From positions 10,664,001 to 10,728,000 of the forward strand of contig OZ287752.1 in assembly GCA_965649765.1 (NCBI GenBank): DNA of 64,000 bases, given 5' to 3'. Made by a program: the position numbers and the translations under genes. The notes beneath the pieces were generated by a model. That model was not told where the DNA came from. It saw nothing but the letters and a program-made list of their open reading frames with translations, and made no database searches. The DNA is from Bispira polyomma (taxonomy: Eukaryota). Shown here piece by piece: positions 35,301-48,800 of this stretch (within the stretch, counting starts at the first letter, position 1; every line of letters begins with the position of its first letter).

Positions 35301-38300
35301 TTTACATTAGTAGTGGTGCCAGTATTTATATGCATGAGTGTATATTATTACAAAGAACAGCAAAGAAACAAATTGATAGTCTAATGTATAACATACCGTA
35401 TTCACCTGTATAACTGCCCAATCTCTACTAACTGCCTTCGTTCACTTTTATACAAGTGAATTTTGTTACAAATATCACTTTTGGATAAGCTTGTAGTAGC
35501 AAAGGTCAGTTAGGTCAAATAGTGACCAGGAAATATTTGTTTACATCAATACTAGATACACACACACACACAAGAAACAGAGCAATGTTTTATAAACTTT
35601 GTATTAGTAGTGGTGCCCGTATTTATGTGCATGAGTGTATATTATAAAGAACAGCAAAGAAACAAATCAATAGTCTGTATAAATGTATAAATGCCCTGAA
35701 TCTCTAAAATTTTAAATGTATTGTGGTATTTATTCATTCATTGTTGTACATATATTTATCTGCATACAAAAGACAAATTTGGTATTTTCTCACAGAAAAT
35801 AGTATTTCTCTTTTATATTATCGCATGTAGTTATAAATAACTTCATCAAAAAAATTATAGGTATAATTCCTGCAGGTAATATACGGTTACATCATGTAAA
35901 CTTGACGAAGGTAAAAAAAATTTCCCCATGTTAAAGAAGACAACTACCAAAAGTCATTTTGATATTATTAATGTTAAAGGAGATATTAAAGGCAGCCTAT
36001 AATGTGGAAGCAGAAAGAAAATCTCACTTTTTCAAGGGACACTTAATTATCGTCCAATAGACTAAACCTCCAATCTTTACTCTCAAGCTGTGCCCCCTTA
36101 TTTAGAACAAATACATGGCATTGGGCTTATATTCAAGCGAATACGGTGTGACAAAGATTTAAGTATCAATATCCCACTCTATTAAAAAGATTTTAGAACA
36201 GTAAAAAAGCAGTATGAAGGATTAAATAATATCACTTAATTAATAAATATCTACAACAAAGAACAGATCTATACATATTATGATCTCTTAATGGAACTTA
36301 ATGTTAGTAGTCAAACCCAGTTGAGTACAGTAAAACCTCTATTTTACGGACATCTTGGGAGAGTGAGAATTTGTTTGGATAATAGAAGGTCCGTAAATTA
36401 GAAGTGGCATTTTAGTACAAAACAATAGGAAAAATAGGTTTAGGAGAGTGAAATTAAGTCTAAAAAAACCGACTATAATTTTAGGACAATAGAAGGTCGG
36501 ATACTAGAGGTTTTACTGTATCGTAAACTCTGGTCAGTCAATTTATCCTTTATGCAGAGACAAATCTGCCGTCCCACAAAGATCTTCGCTTTTAAACTCC
36601 ACCCTGTTAAGTAATGGTGTTTCTCTTGGCCCAGTGAGCTTCGACTTAAATTTTGAATTGGGATATTTAACGTCCACTCTAGTACCTTTTAGTTGGTTAT
36701 ATTGGGACGGGTAGTTGGAAACGCTGGAGGAAACACTGCATACAGTCGGTCAAGGTTCTGCACTGAAACCAGTGGCCCACAGTAAGGAACTACCACCTTT
36801 CCCACATAGGCATTGATGGGATTCGAACTCACGCCGCCCAGAGGTGAGAGACCAGTGATTGTGAAGCGCAACGCTTGCTAACCACTAGGCCACCGCGGCC
36901 CCAGCTTCAACTTAAAAGGGGTTATTACTGTATATCAAGAGGTCAGCGACTATCTAGAGACGTATAGGGAACCAAGAAGATAACTGTCTGAGGATTTCCA
37001 GACACTCACGAAAAAATTTTAAATTAACTATTTTTTAAGTGAACAAATTAAATTTAATCTAATTATAATAAAATAATTTTAACTACTAAAGAAGAGCAGA
37101 GCTTGTGTTTGTCACCAATGCATTTCTTAAATTTGAGACATTATTTGAGATATTTTCATCTATTTTAAATTGCCTTACAAATTATGCAACACTGAGTCAT
37201 TTACACACATTTCTGAGAACCAAAATATCAACTTGGATCAAAATATACTAAAAGTCAAATCTCTTGTTTGGCCTTTTTTTTGCAACATTGGCCAGTAGCA
37301 CTGGACTCTGATGTCACGAAAAGCTCCTATTTACACTATTTGTAGGCGACCCAGATCTTTCGGTGATGTCTAAAAGCTCATGATACATCTTCTGTTTCCC
37401 AACAGTTTTCCCTCTTTAATAGAATAATTGTACAGTCATGCAAACTACAGATCATAGTGGGGTCCCTGGATATTGAATCAGGACAGGTGGGAGGAATGGG
37501 GGGGAGGGGTGGGGGGTGTTGATGATGTTACAAGAAATTCTTAAGCACATTTTGTCATCCTTTTAAATACCATAACCTTTAATTAATTAACTGCTGATAG
37601 AACTGTATTCCAAACAAGAATACAGACATAAAGTTATGGGAATTTTATTCCAATTTTGGTTATATTCATCATTTCCAAAGTCCTTATGATTAATTAGTCA
37701 CTGAGACACCCAAAGGAACACATCCATAGTTTCTGTGTCCTTGAGTCAGAGATCAGAAGGAACTATCATCCACCGGCTATTGTAAGCACCGCACCAATGC
37801 ATAGAAATTGAGAAATAATGAAGGAGAACTAATGACCATTTCTGGGAAAAACTTGTATTTATGTCAAAGAATGACAAAATATCATTGTCCCTTTTTGTCG
37901 AGTTAGTGTACAGAGAGAGAGGACAAAAAATACTATACGGTCATCAGCTACATCAATGATTTAATGGGCAGACACTTCAAAGTGCCCTTCTTCATTTCAG
38001 CAAATTACAAAGACATGGCCCTTTAATTGCTACAAAAGAAATTTTTGCAAATCAAGTAACACACGTTTGGACAAAGATGTGATATTTTACATAATTTTTT
38101 CCCAGTTAAACTAGGAATGTCTTTGTTATTTCAATCATAAAGTATTTTTTAAGTCACTTACTAAATATTACTAAAAATTGCAAATTTTAGCTTGAAGTGT
38201 TTTTTTTTTCTTTTTCAAATACTAAAGTAGTATCCACAGATATATTGCCCCCAATTTTATGTTACTAAAGGAATGTAGTCGAATGTCTAATAGCCACATG

Positions 38301-41300
38301 ATTTGGTTCTAGTTATGGCTAACTTCTACTTACACCTTATTTACAAATAATTTTGGGACAAAAGAATTAGTTCTAAATTCTAAATAATTGAGAAATTTGA
38401 CTTATATTGGTTCTACATTATACCAAGTCTACTGTACAATGAGACCTTCAAAGCAAGTATTTTTGTAAACCTAAAAAATCTACCTAAAAATTTACTAATT
38501 TTAGGCAAAAATACTAATTTTTTATTTGTTTATGTTCATAACAAATATATATATTGTATATCACTAGTCCCTCCAATTTTAGGCTGATACAAACAAATAC
38601 TGTAGCATAATACACATATATAAACTCCTTGTCTTAACATACATCTTTTCCGAAGTGTGCTACACATACTGTTTACCAGTCCCCCCCCCCCCCCAATCCC
38701 CTCCCCGAGACTGTATCAATGTTGTTTGGGTGTTCAAGTCTGGCAAGTTTCCAGGACAAGTATATATAGAGCCAGCCATAACAACCTTGATCATAAGCTT
38801 GGCCTCATTTTTATTATTCAGAGATATACTGTATTTTCTGTAATAAAGGCCCCCCTCTCTAATTATAGCTCCCTCCCCCCACACTCTTTTAAAAAGAGAT
38901 AATTAGGTCACTAAATGCCAATATTATAGCAGGTACTGCTGTAACAGTAAATTGTAATGAGAAATCATTACATCTCTCCATCAGAGGCAATTTGAACATG
39001 TTACAATAAAATTTTATTGACCTACGGTTAAGCACCTAGATATTCTGTGGATTACCCTGGCGGCATTTATTACAGAGGTTATAGTATATTCTTCTGCGCG
39101 TCCATATAGAGCAATAGGATCATAAACAGAGTGGCCATCAAGACACCCGAGACAGGTTCAAGGCTAGTCGTCTTATAGTGACAAATATTAAACTGTCAGG
39201 GACTTAATTACACAAGAGTTATCCTAAATGTGCCAAAAATAGATTAGAACAGTAGTACAAATTGATTGTCCAGATGTTTAATAAAACTTAATCAGAATAT
39301 GTGATCTTTTCTTTAGTTTCTTACAAATAGGCGAAATGTCCTATTATGCAATTTTGGTCTAAAATGTTGTGGCGAGAAATGGACTACATTTTGAAGATCT
39401 GGGTCGAAAATCACTAGAGGGTATTAATGAGGAACAGTGATTATGAGGACCAACCAATTATTACAATTTATTTGAATGTTTAGTAAAATTATTCGAATAG
39501 AGAAACTACATATTTTATGGCTAATAATACCTGTTGTCCTATGTCATTGAATTTCAATGTTTCTTTTGCCATTTTTCGCGAGTAATGAGCTTGAATAACA
39601 TGACTACTAAGAATAAACATTGTATACATAGACAGTTTTCAGACAGAGAAGGGGTATAATAAACCTTTTAGCACAATTTATGTTAACTTTAAAATAGGTA
39701 GACAGTAAACAGATCACACCATCTCCATGTATAATACCAGTCACTTGTGACATAATCAGATGATATATGACGACTGATATATGTTCCTTGCATGCCATCT
39801 TACGTTGCCCCTATTTTTTGTACAGTTTTGCCCTTTTACAGATAACGACGCCCATACTCTATAGATGATCTGATGAACAAACAATTAGGGGCTAGCCTTG
39901 AGAGTGTTCACATCTGATGTCTTAGGTCCATTCATGTCCCCGTATTTAGCCTTGACTATCTTATTAGTAGAGCCAATGTACATTATCCCTGTCACCACAA
40001 AGGAGTCGTATTCACACAAGGACTTAAGTCTTCAAAGCTTCAAACATTTAGGTCTACAATATTTAAGACTGTCTATTGATTGAGTTTCAGTCTTAAGAGC
40101 AAAGTTAACACTAAAGCAAATTATTTTTTCTTACTGTCGCACCGGGACTAAGACCAAAATCTTAATCATTTCCAACAAAATCAAAAACTAAAATCTTAAG
40201 ACTAAGTTAAGACTGAGAACTTTTGCATTGAATTTGATACCAGGGGCTTTCTCCACAATTATTATTGTTGCTGGAAGATTCCAATTTCAAAGCCATAGTT
40301 TGATCCTTCCTCGAAGGAACTTCTATTTTCGTCCATTATGATGATCTGTTGGTTTGGTTTGTTCAGTACCAGGATTAGAGGTAAACTACTAAACTGATGG
40401 ACATGAAACTTGGTGGAGGGATGGGGCAGCTTGGGCCTTGGAATAATCATCTGGGTAAAAGGAGGGATCCATGAATTTTTTTGTTCGCACCTTGGCGGAG
40501 GTATGTACTCCACTGAGTGCTCCTCTACTATTGTAAATTGACATATTCTTTATGTGGGGAAAAAATAAAAACATTTAGTTGAACTATACATGTGTAGTGA
40601 GAAAACTAAAACTTTTAGTTTTGTTTTTATTCGTTTTAATAATTTTAACTTTTGAGACTTTCAAAAACACTGGGGCCGTCTAGACATAAAGAAAGTAATA
40701 AATATTTATACACACAAGAAAAAAAGTTAAAGGCACAATGCCAAAAAAAAACTCCCGACAAAGATGGTGGATTGATTACAGTAAATTAACCTAATAGAGT
40801 GACATAGTGCATTATTAGTTGTTGTTTTTTATAATAAAGTGTGCCAAAGTAACAATTAAGAAAAGAAAACCCATAGATGGCATAGCATGTGTTTTACCTA
40901 CATGAAATGCAGACAATAACTGTGGAACCCATTTAAGTGGAACCTCAAAAGACCAGAAGAAATTGGTCTACTTTAGCAGGATTTTCACTCAACAGGAGAG
41001 ATTTGAAAGGAAAAGGCCTTAGTGGAACCACAAATTTTTCCCAACTTTAAGTTTTTTTAACTACGTTTTCACGTGCCAGATGCACCTAATGGCAGAATAC
41101 CTGGCGGCTGCTTCTAATGTTTCGATAGTGTTAATTTAATTAGTCTATTTTAGGAGGTAAATTAGGCTTTTGAAAACCCCTGTAAGTTGGCATTGATTCA
41201 CTACAGTGGAAACGGGGGCTTTTAGTGATATGAATTATTCATTTTATTCAAGTTATTAAATGATTTAGAATAATGTAATACAAAATTACAAATCAACATA

Positions 41301-44300
41301 AACGTGATCATCTACCACTATTTCATATTATAAACCAATCAGAAATTACACAGAATGGTGCATCTAAGTTCTCCTTAAGTGTTTTTACAGAGTCTCAATG
41401 TGTGATCTACATGTGAAAACACATTTCCTATAGTAAAATAGAAAACATATCTACAGTGGAACTTCTATTATCAGAACATGTTAAGAGAGCAAGATTTTGT
41501 TCAGATGACAGAAAATTTGTAAAACTAAAGTAGCAACTTAGTAATTATACCAATAGCAAATTATAAATTTAGAAGAATGAAAATGTGATCATCAAATTGT
41601 ATATATAGACATTTAAAGAAGGTCCAATAATTGAGGTTCTAATTTGCCTATATATATATATATATGAGTAGTGCTAATTTATCAGTGACACATAAGTAAT
41701 TCTATGATTTGTCAGCTCTTAACATGATGGCTTTTTCTCAGGTTTTGTCCAAAAAAAAAATTTAAAACACTTTGAATCAAGTGAATTAAGGACTCTTCAA
41801 TGTTTTTTAGGGTTGATAAGAGAGAAAACTCATCAGGAAAAGTATATACATGACAAAGTGCCCATAATTTAAATAAACAGTGCCATTCTTTAGAGTTTTA
41901 TAAAGCATTAAATTACTTAGATAAAGAACGTCACACAAAAGGTTATATACAGTTGAACCCCTTTAAGTCGAACCACAAAGGACAAGGAGAATTACTTCTA
42001 CTTAAGCAGGCTTTCCACTTGACAGGGTAGATTACTAGATTTGAAAAGAAAATGCCTTGATGGGACTACATATTTTTCTCCACAATAAAGGGAATTGGCT
42101 TTTCACAGTTCTACTTAAAGGGGTTTGACTGGATAGAGATGTTGTTACACACTACACGCAGCTAAGATGTGACATAATATGCTGGATTGTTTCTGATACA
42201 ATATCAAAAAAACCAAACACTGCAATGTTATTAGAAAGTTATAACAAGCCCTACACTGCATATTGGTTACACCCCCACAAACTGCAATGAATTAGTGTTC
42301 ACCCACCCACACAAATGACAACTATTATCTGTCTACACTTGCTAATTATGGATATATAGTATATACATGTACATACACTTAAATACACACACACACATGC
42401 TTACCTCACGTCCAATCTGTCATCACCAATGGTAACATAACAACAGTATAACAATGACAACATTGCTTTTATATCAAAAGTTTCAAAACAATTAAACCAC
42501 ACAGTGAAATACTACACACAACCTCTATTATCTGAACACTTGTATTATCAAAATGTTTGATTTGTTATATAAACTCATTTCCACTCTCTAAAATTGATAG
42601 TTTTCCTATAATGTTTTCTACAAATTTCTAATTCATAAAAATTCAATTACCCAAACAACAACCTTGCTCCTCTAACACATTTGGATAATAGAGGTTCTAC
42701 TGTACTATATAACATAAGGTGAAGCTGCAACAAAAAGACGGGATGGGGGGGACAATTATAGGATTTACTGCGGCAAAGTTTCAACATCAATATTTACACT
42801 GCCCAAATCACCAACTTCAGGACTACATTACAAGTTTCAAACATACTAAATTCGCATTTGTGGTTGTATTAATTTTCTAAAGGGTTCATATTTAGAGGAT
42901 ACTGTAGACAAACAATGAGGTTCAATATACTCAACAAAGCTAAATAAAATTGGACTCAGCCAAAACCATACATTTTCCAAAACCAAAAAATAAGTGACAC
43001 GTATACGCGTAATCAATAATAATTCAATGTTAGAATGTTACTGTAATATCTCACAACATCAACAACCGTACAAATTCATCTACAGGAGCAGGAGGCGGGG
43101 TTAACATTTGATTGGCAGCCAAAAAATAACAACACAATTGAACAAGGTACACAGTCAACAAATACTGGTAAAATTTCGGGAAAGATGATACCGCGTAATT
43201 TGGTTATATTACAACTTTAGCTTGGAAACACGACATCACGTATAGTTTGCAATGACATCAGTGCTATCAATAGATTCAATTGATACTTTCTACCGTAGCA
43301 AAATTATGGTTGCAAAAAGACCATAATCATTTACTGACCAAATATAATTTGTCAGAATAAGACTATACTACTGAGACTGGGAGGGAACATTGTAAATAAT
43401 TTTTTACCCAGACTATCCCGTGCTCACAGATTAAAATACCGTGTGCACAGTCTATAATCTGTGCACACAATTATTAATCTGTGAGCACAATTTATAATCC
43501 GTTTATTTAATTGTGAGCACAATTTATTAAACCGTGAAAACAGATAAAATGTGTGAGCACAGATTTAATCTGTGATCACGAACGATAACCTGTGCACGCG
43601 TTTAATTAATTTTGCTCAGGAATGATAAACTGTGAGCAAGAAATAATCTGGGCAAAAAATTATTTCCTATGTCCCCTCCCGGGCTCTGTAGTATATAGCT
43701 TGTTGTGTGCAGAAATAGGAGCTTCCAGAAATCTTACAGGTAAAAACCAAAGACACTTAAAACAAGGAGGGGAGCATACCGTATCCCTGTGGTGATCCTG
43801 AATAGTAACCATAGCAACGGAATCTCAATTAAATATTTTTCGAAAGGACTACCAACTACTTCATTAAACTGGTGTGTTTATAGTAGCTGACAATTGTACA
43901 GAACTTTACAGAACTAAAACTTTTACAATGATGCGACTTTTTTTTTTATTATTATAATATTTACATTATCTTAATTATTATTGTACAAAATTGTATATAG
44001 TTAGTGGCAAATTGACATAGCATCCTCTGTTAGGCACTAATTGTCCTAATGGTTAGTCGGACGACAGAAATGGGTCATGGCCAGAAGGGCATGGTCCAGC
44101 ATCCAACTGAAGAAGATGTTAGAATGATGGAAGGACATTGGAATGATCTGATGGACAAAAATGTCCAAAAATCAATAGTATTATAATACTGAAACAGTTA
44201 AGCACCAATTTATTTAGACCATTTAATATTTTCTAGAAATTCTGGTTAAATAGTACATGGGTGGTGGGAACTCAGGACGGTTTTAACAAAAATTTTTAAT

Positions 44301-45830
44301 TCAACTGAAGCTCATCTTCCAGGCAACATCACTTTCAAAATACATTCATTGGTCAGATTAATAGTATTACATAAAAATGTCCGAATTAAAACCGTCCCAA
44401 GTTTCCATGACCTGTGTAGATGTTGGATTGCTATCGCAATGTCTGCATTAGAATTCCTTAATAACATAAAGCAGAACTTGCTCCATTTGTTCAAAATTAA
44501 TGGGTTTTTTTTGCCCAATGTTTAAAATGCTTCTACAGTAACAGTTTGAGTCAATATTGAACAAAAGTGGCTTTGTAAAAATCGGTGAACACCTTGCTTT
44601 TGACAGAAATTAATAGAACTGCTTGTTACATACATGCTCCTAAGTAGTGTATGGTAGTATCACGTAGAAAAAACAAATACTCTAGGTCATTAATTTTTTT
44701 AATAAGTACAGGCATCAAATCATAAGGGGATCAATGTTATATAGGAAATACCCCTCCTGGTTGAATGTCCTGCAAAACAAAATCATTTGTCTGGCGTTTA
44801 ATATTTATTATTACTGCAACCAATTTATCAATGACAGTGCCCAAAAATAATGTAAAGAGTTCCTCTTTTCATTCTTTATCCAGGAAACGGTATTATTATA
44901 GGCCATCAACCTAGGCCCAGGGAAAGTTAAGTGTTTTCACTTACAGGGACAGTGTTAAAATCTGGCCACTGGCCCGAGTTTTGAAGCTCAGGGGCCGTAT
45001 TGACTTAAGTTTGTATACTTAGAATAAGAATTTTTGGTATTCACTAAATTCTTATACTTAAAATTTTTTCTTATTCTTAGAAAATTTTCTAAAGAATGAG
45101 CTTTGATTCTAAGAATGATCAAGACCTTACTGAAGTAAAGAAAAAGATTATGTATTTCTTTTAACTATTCTTAGCTAAGAAATTTTTATACTTAGAAAAT
45201 TTTCTAAGTATAAGAATGATTCTTAGTCTAACTATAAGAATGATTCTTATTCTATGTATATGAACTTTAGTGAATACGTCCCTATGACAGAAACTTTATT
45301 ACAATCAAGATTATGTTACTTTTATCAGTCAGATCATTGAATTTTTGGGCTGAGACAGCAAGAAGTTTGTATAAATTAGGGGTGGGACAGTAGTAAAAAT
45401 TTGCGTCCAGGATACCGTTTAACAAAAATCTTTCTGATTCCGAGATACCGCCAAAAAAATAGACCCAAAATACTGCCAATCAAATGGACCCACCAGAACA
45501 GGAAGTATGCGAAACCAAATCAAAACAACATGTGACTTTGTCCGTTTTGCCTAAAAACGATCAAAAAGTGCTAAAACTAACCTATTTTCTGATTCAATAC
45601 ATATAGTTTGTTGTTCGTTTACAGTAAAAAGCCTGTATTTCGAAATAATGGTATTAACTTTCGTAGTTGGTTGCCACATAAAATGGTCCCGTGCTGATGC
45701 AGCCCTAGTAAAAATATACACATACAGTGTATATATATGGCATAGCAAGAGACGATTTATGAGAGAATCGCAAATTTAATGCAGAAACACTCTTATTTCC
45801 AATCAACTAAACTACATCCCTAGAAGCCGC

Positions 45831-45875
<45 letters not shown>

Positions 45876-48800
45876 CATATACGACCAGTGATATATCCAT
45901 GTATGATTATGCAAATATATGTAAATCTGAACATTGCTCAAATTCACAGATCTCAAATCTGAAGATAAATGGCCTCAATTGAACTCCCAATTAACTTTGA
46001 CACACTAAATAATAAATATTATGTTGTATACCGGCAAACAGGTACACTACTACTATAGTACTATTTACCAACATGGAGGATCTTTATCAAACCATCGTAG
46101 ATGTTGATGTATCTGAACTAAGAGGGGCCTTTCTAACTTGTACATGGGTATTTTGTTTTTAGCAAAATATTGTCTTGCCAAATATTGACTCATTTTATAT
46201 CAGGTGTAAATCAAATCTATAGAGGATCACATTTAGCTGCATGACATTTCTTTACCCATTAGTTTTCAAATCTTTGATTTTTTAGGGCTTCAATGTCACG
46301 TGGTAAATCTAAGTATGAGTGTTACCAATTTTTAGGCCGATTTTAAAATGTCATGTGTGATAAATTTGAGTATGTTACAAATTTTAGGCCCCTTACTGTG
46401 TGGGCCGTTTGTTATCAAAGTGTTCAGTTCGGTTTATTCCTTGTCTTTTCTTTATGTAAAAGTGCATTTATAATCTTCAGACAAACATGAGAAATGCAAA
46501 GAGACTACATTTGATTAGCAAAAAGTTGACAAAAAGGTTATTTTTAATATATTTGCATATCAAATAGTGGGGAGTCCTTTTCAATAAATCTCTGAATCTT
46601 AAACATTACATGACCACAGATTTATTCTCGAACTTAAAAAATTTTTTTTTAAACTGTTTTGTATTACATAATGGCTTTTCTCTGGATAAAAATTTGTCCT
46701 AACAGAGTTAACTTTTTTTCAAGCTAAATGTAGTTCTGAAAGAGAATGTTGTTGCTCTGTTGACATATTGCTTAAGCTATTTGAGATAGTCGGAAAATTA
46801 CCCAATAATGGTTTGGTAATGCCGAGCAGATTGCTGTGCATGACGATGCATTCCAGCAGTCTATTTACCACATGACTGTGAAAAAGAGTAACATCAGAAA
46901 TTCCAACACGTATACCTGTGATGTAACACGTTAATAACAACCGGGCCCATATTCTCCAACATAACGCAAGCTTAAACCTCAGGCTTCGACTCAAACGAAG
47001 GCTATATGGAAGTTCCTATATGGAAGTTCCTTGCACGTGGACACAACCTATGGTTGTAACAAGGGGTGAGACAGGGGGGCTGGTTACTCGATTATGGGCC
47101 GAATTTTTGGGGAAACTGGAGTAAAATTTGCAATTCTGGGACTAAAAAATGTGTACGTTTTATGTTAAAACTCTTATATTACCACCTGTAGTTATAAATA
47201 AGTTCATCAAAACAATAAATGTAGGTCTAATTCCTGTAGGTAAAATACATTTTCCTCTAAATTTCCAATATTCCCCAAGATATTTGCCTTTATTTTTCGA
47301 TAGATTTTGTGTACATTAGCTGCCATATTGTTAGAATGATTTCTGAGATTGGTGCAAACGAAATTTGCGGGTAGCCGAATTCAAACGGTTAGATGCTAGC
47401 GATTACTCAGGCCACATTTTAAGTACCCATCTTACCCCTACTTGTAAGTTGTCACTATTCATTTTAGAAGAGCTTTCAGCACAGCATACAAATATACAGT
47501 CAGAATTTTGCTCTAAGTCCATGGTAGCAAAATATAACGAGACCCTAGGGTTGAGTTACATGTCATTTTTGGAAAACATATATACTTTTTATACTGTTCC
47601 AATCACACAGGTTATTTACTGGCTGTGGCAAATAACAAGCAGACTATATACATTCAACATAAAAACACCCAGTAATTTCCCTGAAAAAAAGTTATGTAAA
47701 TTATTACTTATAACATATACTTGGTACACAAAAATATTTATACTCTAAAACTGAACGATTTACAGAACATGTTTAAATTAAAAAAATACCCAGTATCTCA
47801 CTAATAACAAACATTCAGATGCCCCCATTTAAAGTAACAAACACAGACTATAAATTAAGGCTCACATTTATAAAAACAGCCACCATGAAGTAAGACTGGC
47901 TTATAAAAGAGACTCACCGAGCCGAATCTGTGGAGAACTAAGTAGGCCTCTGCTGTTGGGTTCATCCCAATGTGGTCCAGTTTCCAGTTGATCACCTGAC
48001 GTAGTAAAAATCAAGAACCGTTATAAAAAATAGCATAACCCGGAGCTTTACAAACCACCGACTACACGATATGGCAAAAGAAATAGAAAAAAGGTTGTAC
48101 GTCAAACCCCTTCAAGTAGAACTCTAATAAGTGGGAATTACCTGTTAAGTAGAAGTTATTTTAAGGTCCCATTGCTGCATTTCTAATCAAAAATTTACTC
48201 TGTTAAGTAGAAGTTCTGTTAAGTACAACAAATTTTCATGGTCCCTTCAAATTCGACTTAACAGGGTTCCACTGTGTAAAGGTTATATACAGACTGCTCC
48301 CTACACTACACAACACTATACTGCACACCACTGCAATTTAACTTGGAAAAAGTTGTATATACATATGCAATATGCAGCAAAATCATTATGATGAGGGGGG
48401 GGGGGATTCCAACACTATACCTTAAGTTTGCATGTCTGCGTTGGCCAATGACTTGGATGGCTACAGCAAATAGCTATTGTTAGAAAATGGTAGAAGTATT
48501 TCGCTCTGAAAATATGGATTTTGTAGTGCTGTGTCGTGTTTGATTTGAATAGTAGTGTTGTGTAGTCCTGTGTAGTGCAGTGTAGTATAGTTGTGTTGTG
48601 TAGTTGGCGCTATATATAGTTCTTAAGGTTGTTCGCTACCATTTTTTTTCTCAAAAAAAAAATTTCAATATATTTTCATGAAAATTGCAGAAAATGTGCT
48701 TTGTTAAATTGTCTATGGGGAATGATGTGTCATTTTGCCCTTTTATAAGCCACTATGCTATAAATATAATGTTTATCTTCAGATAAATTCGAGAAGTTTC

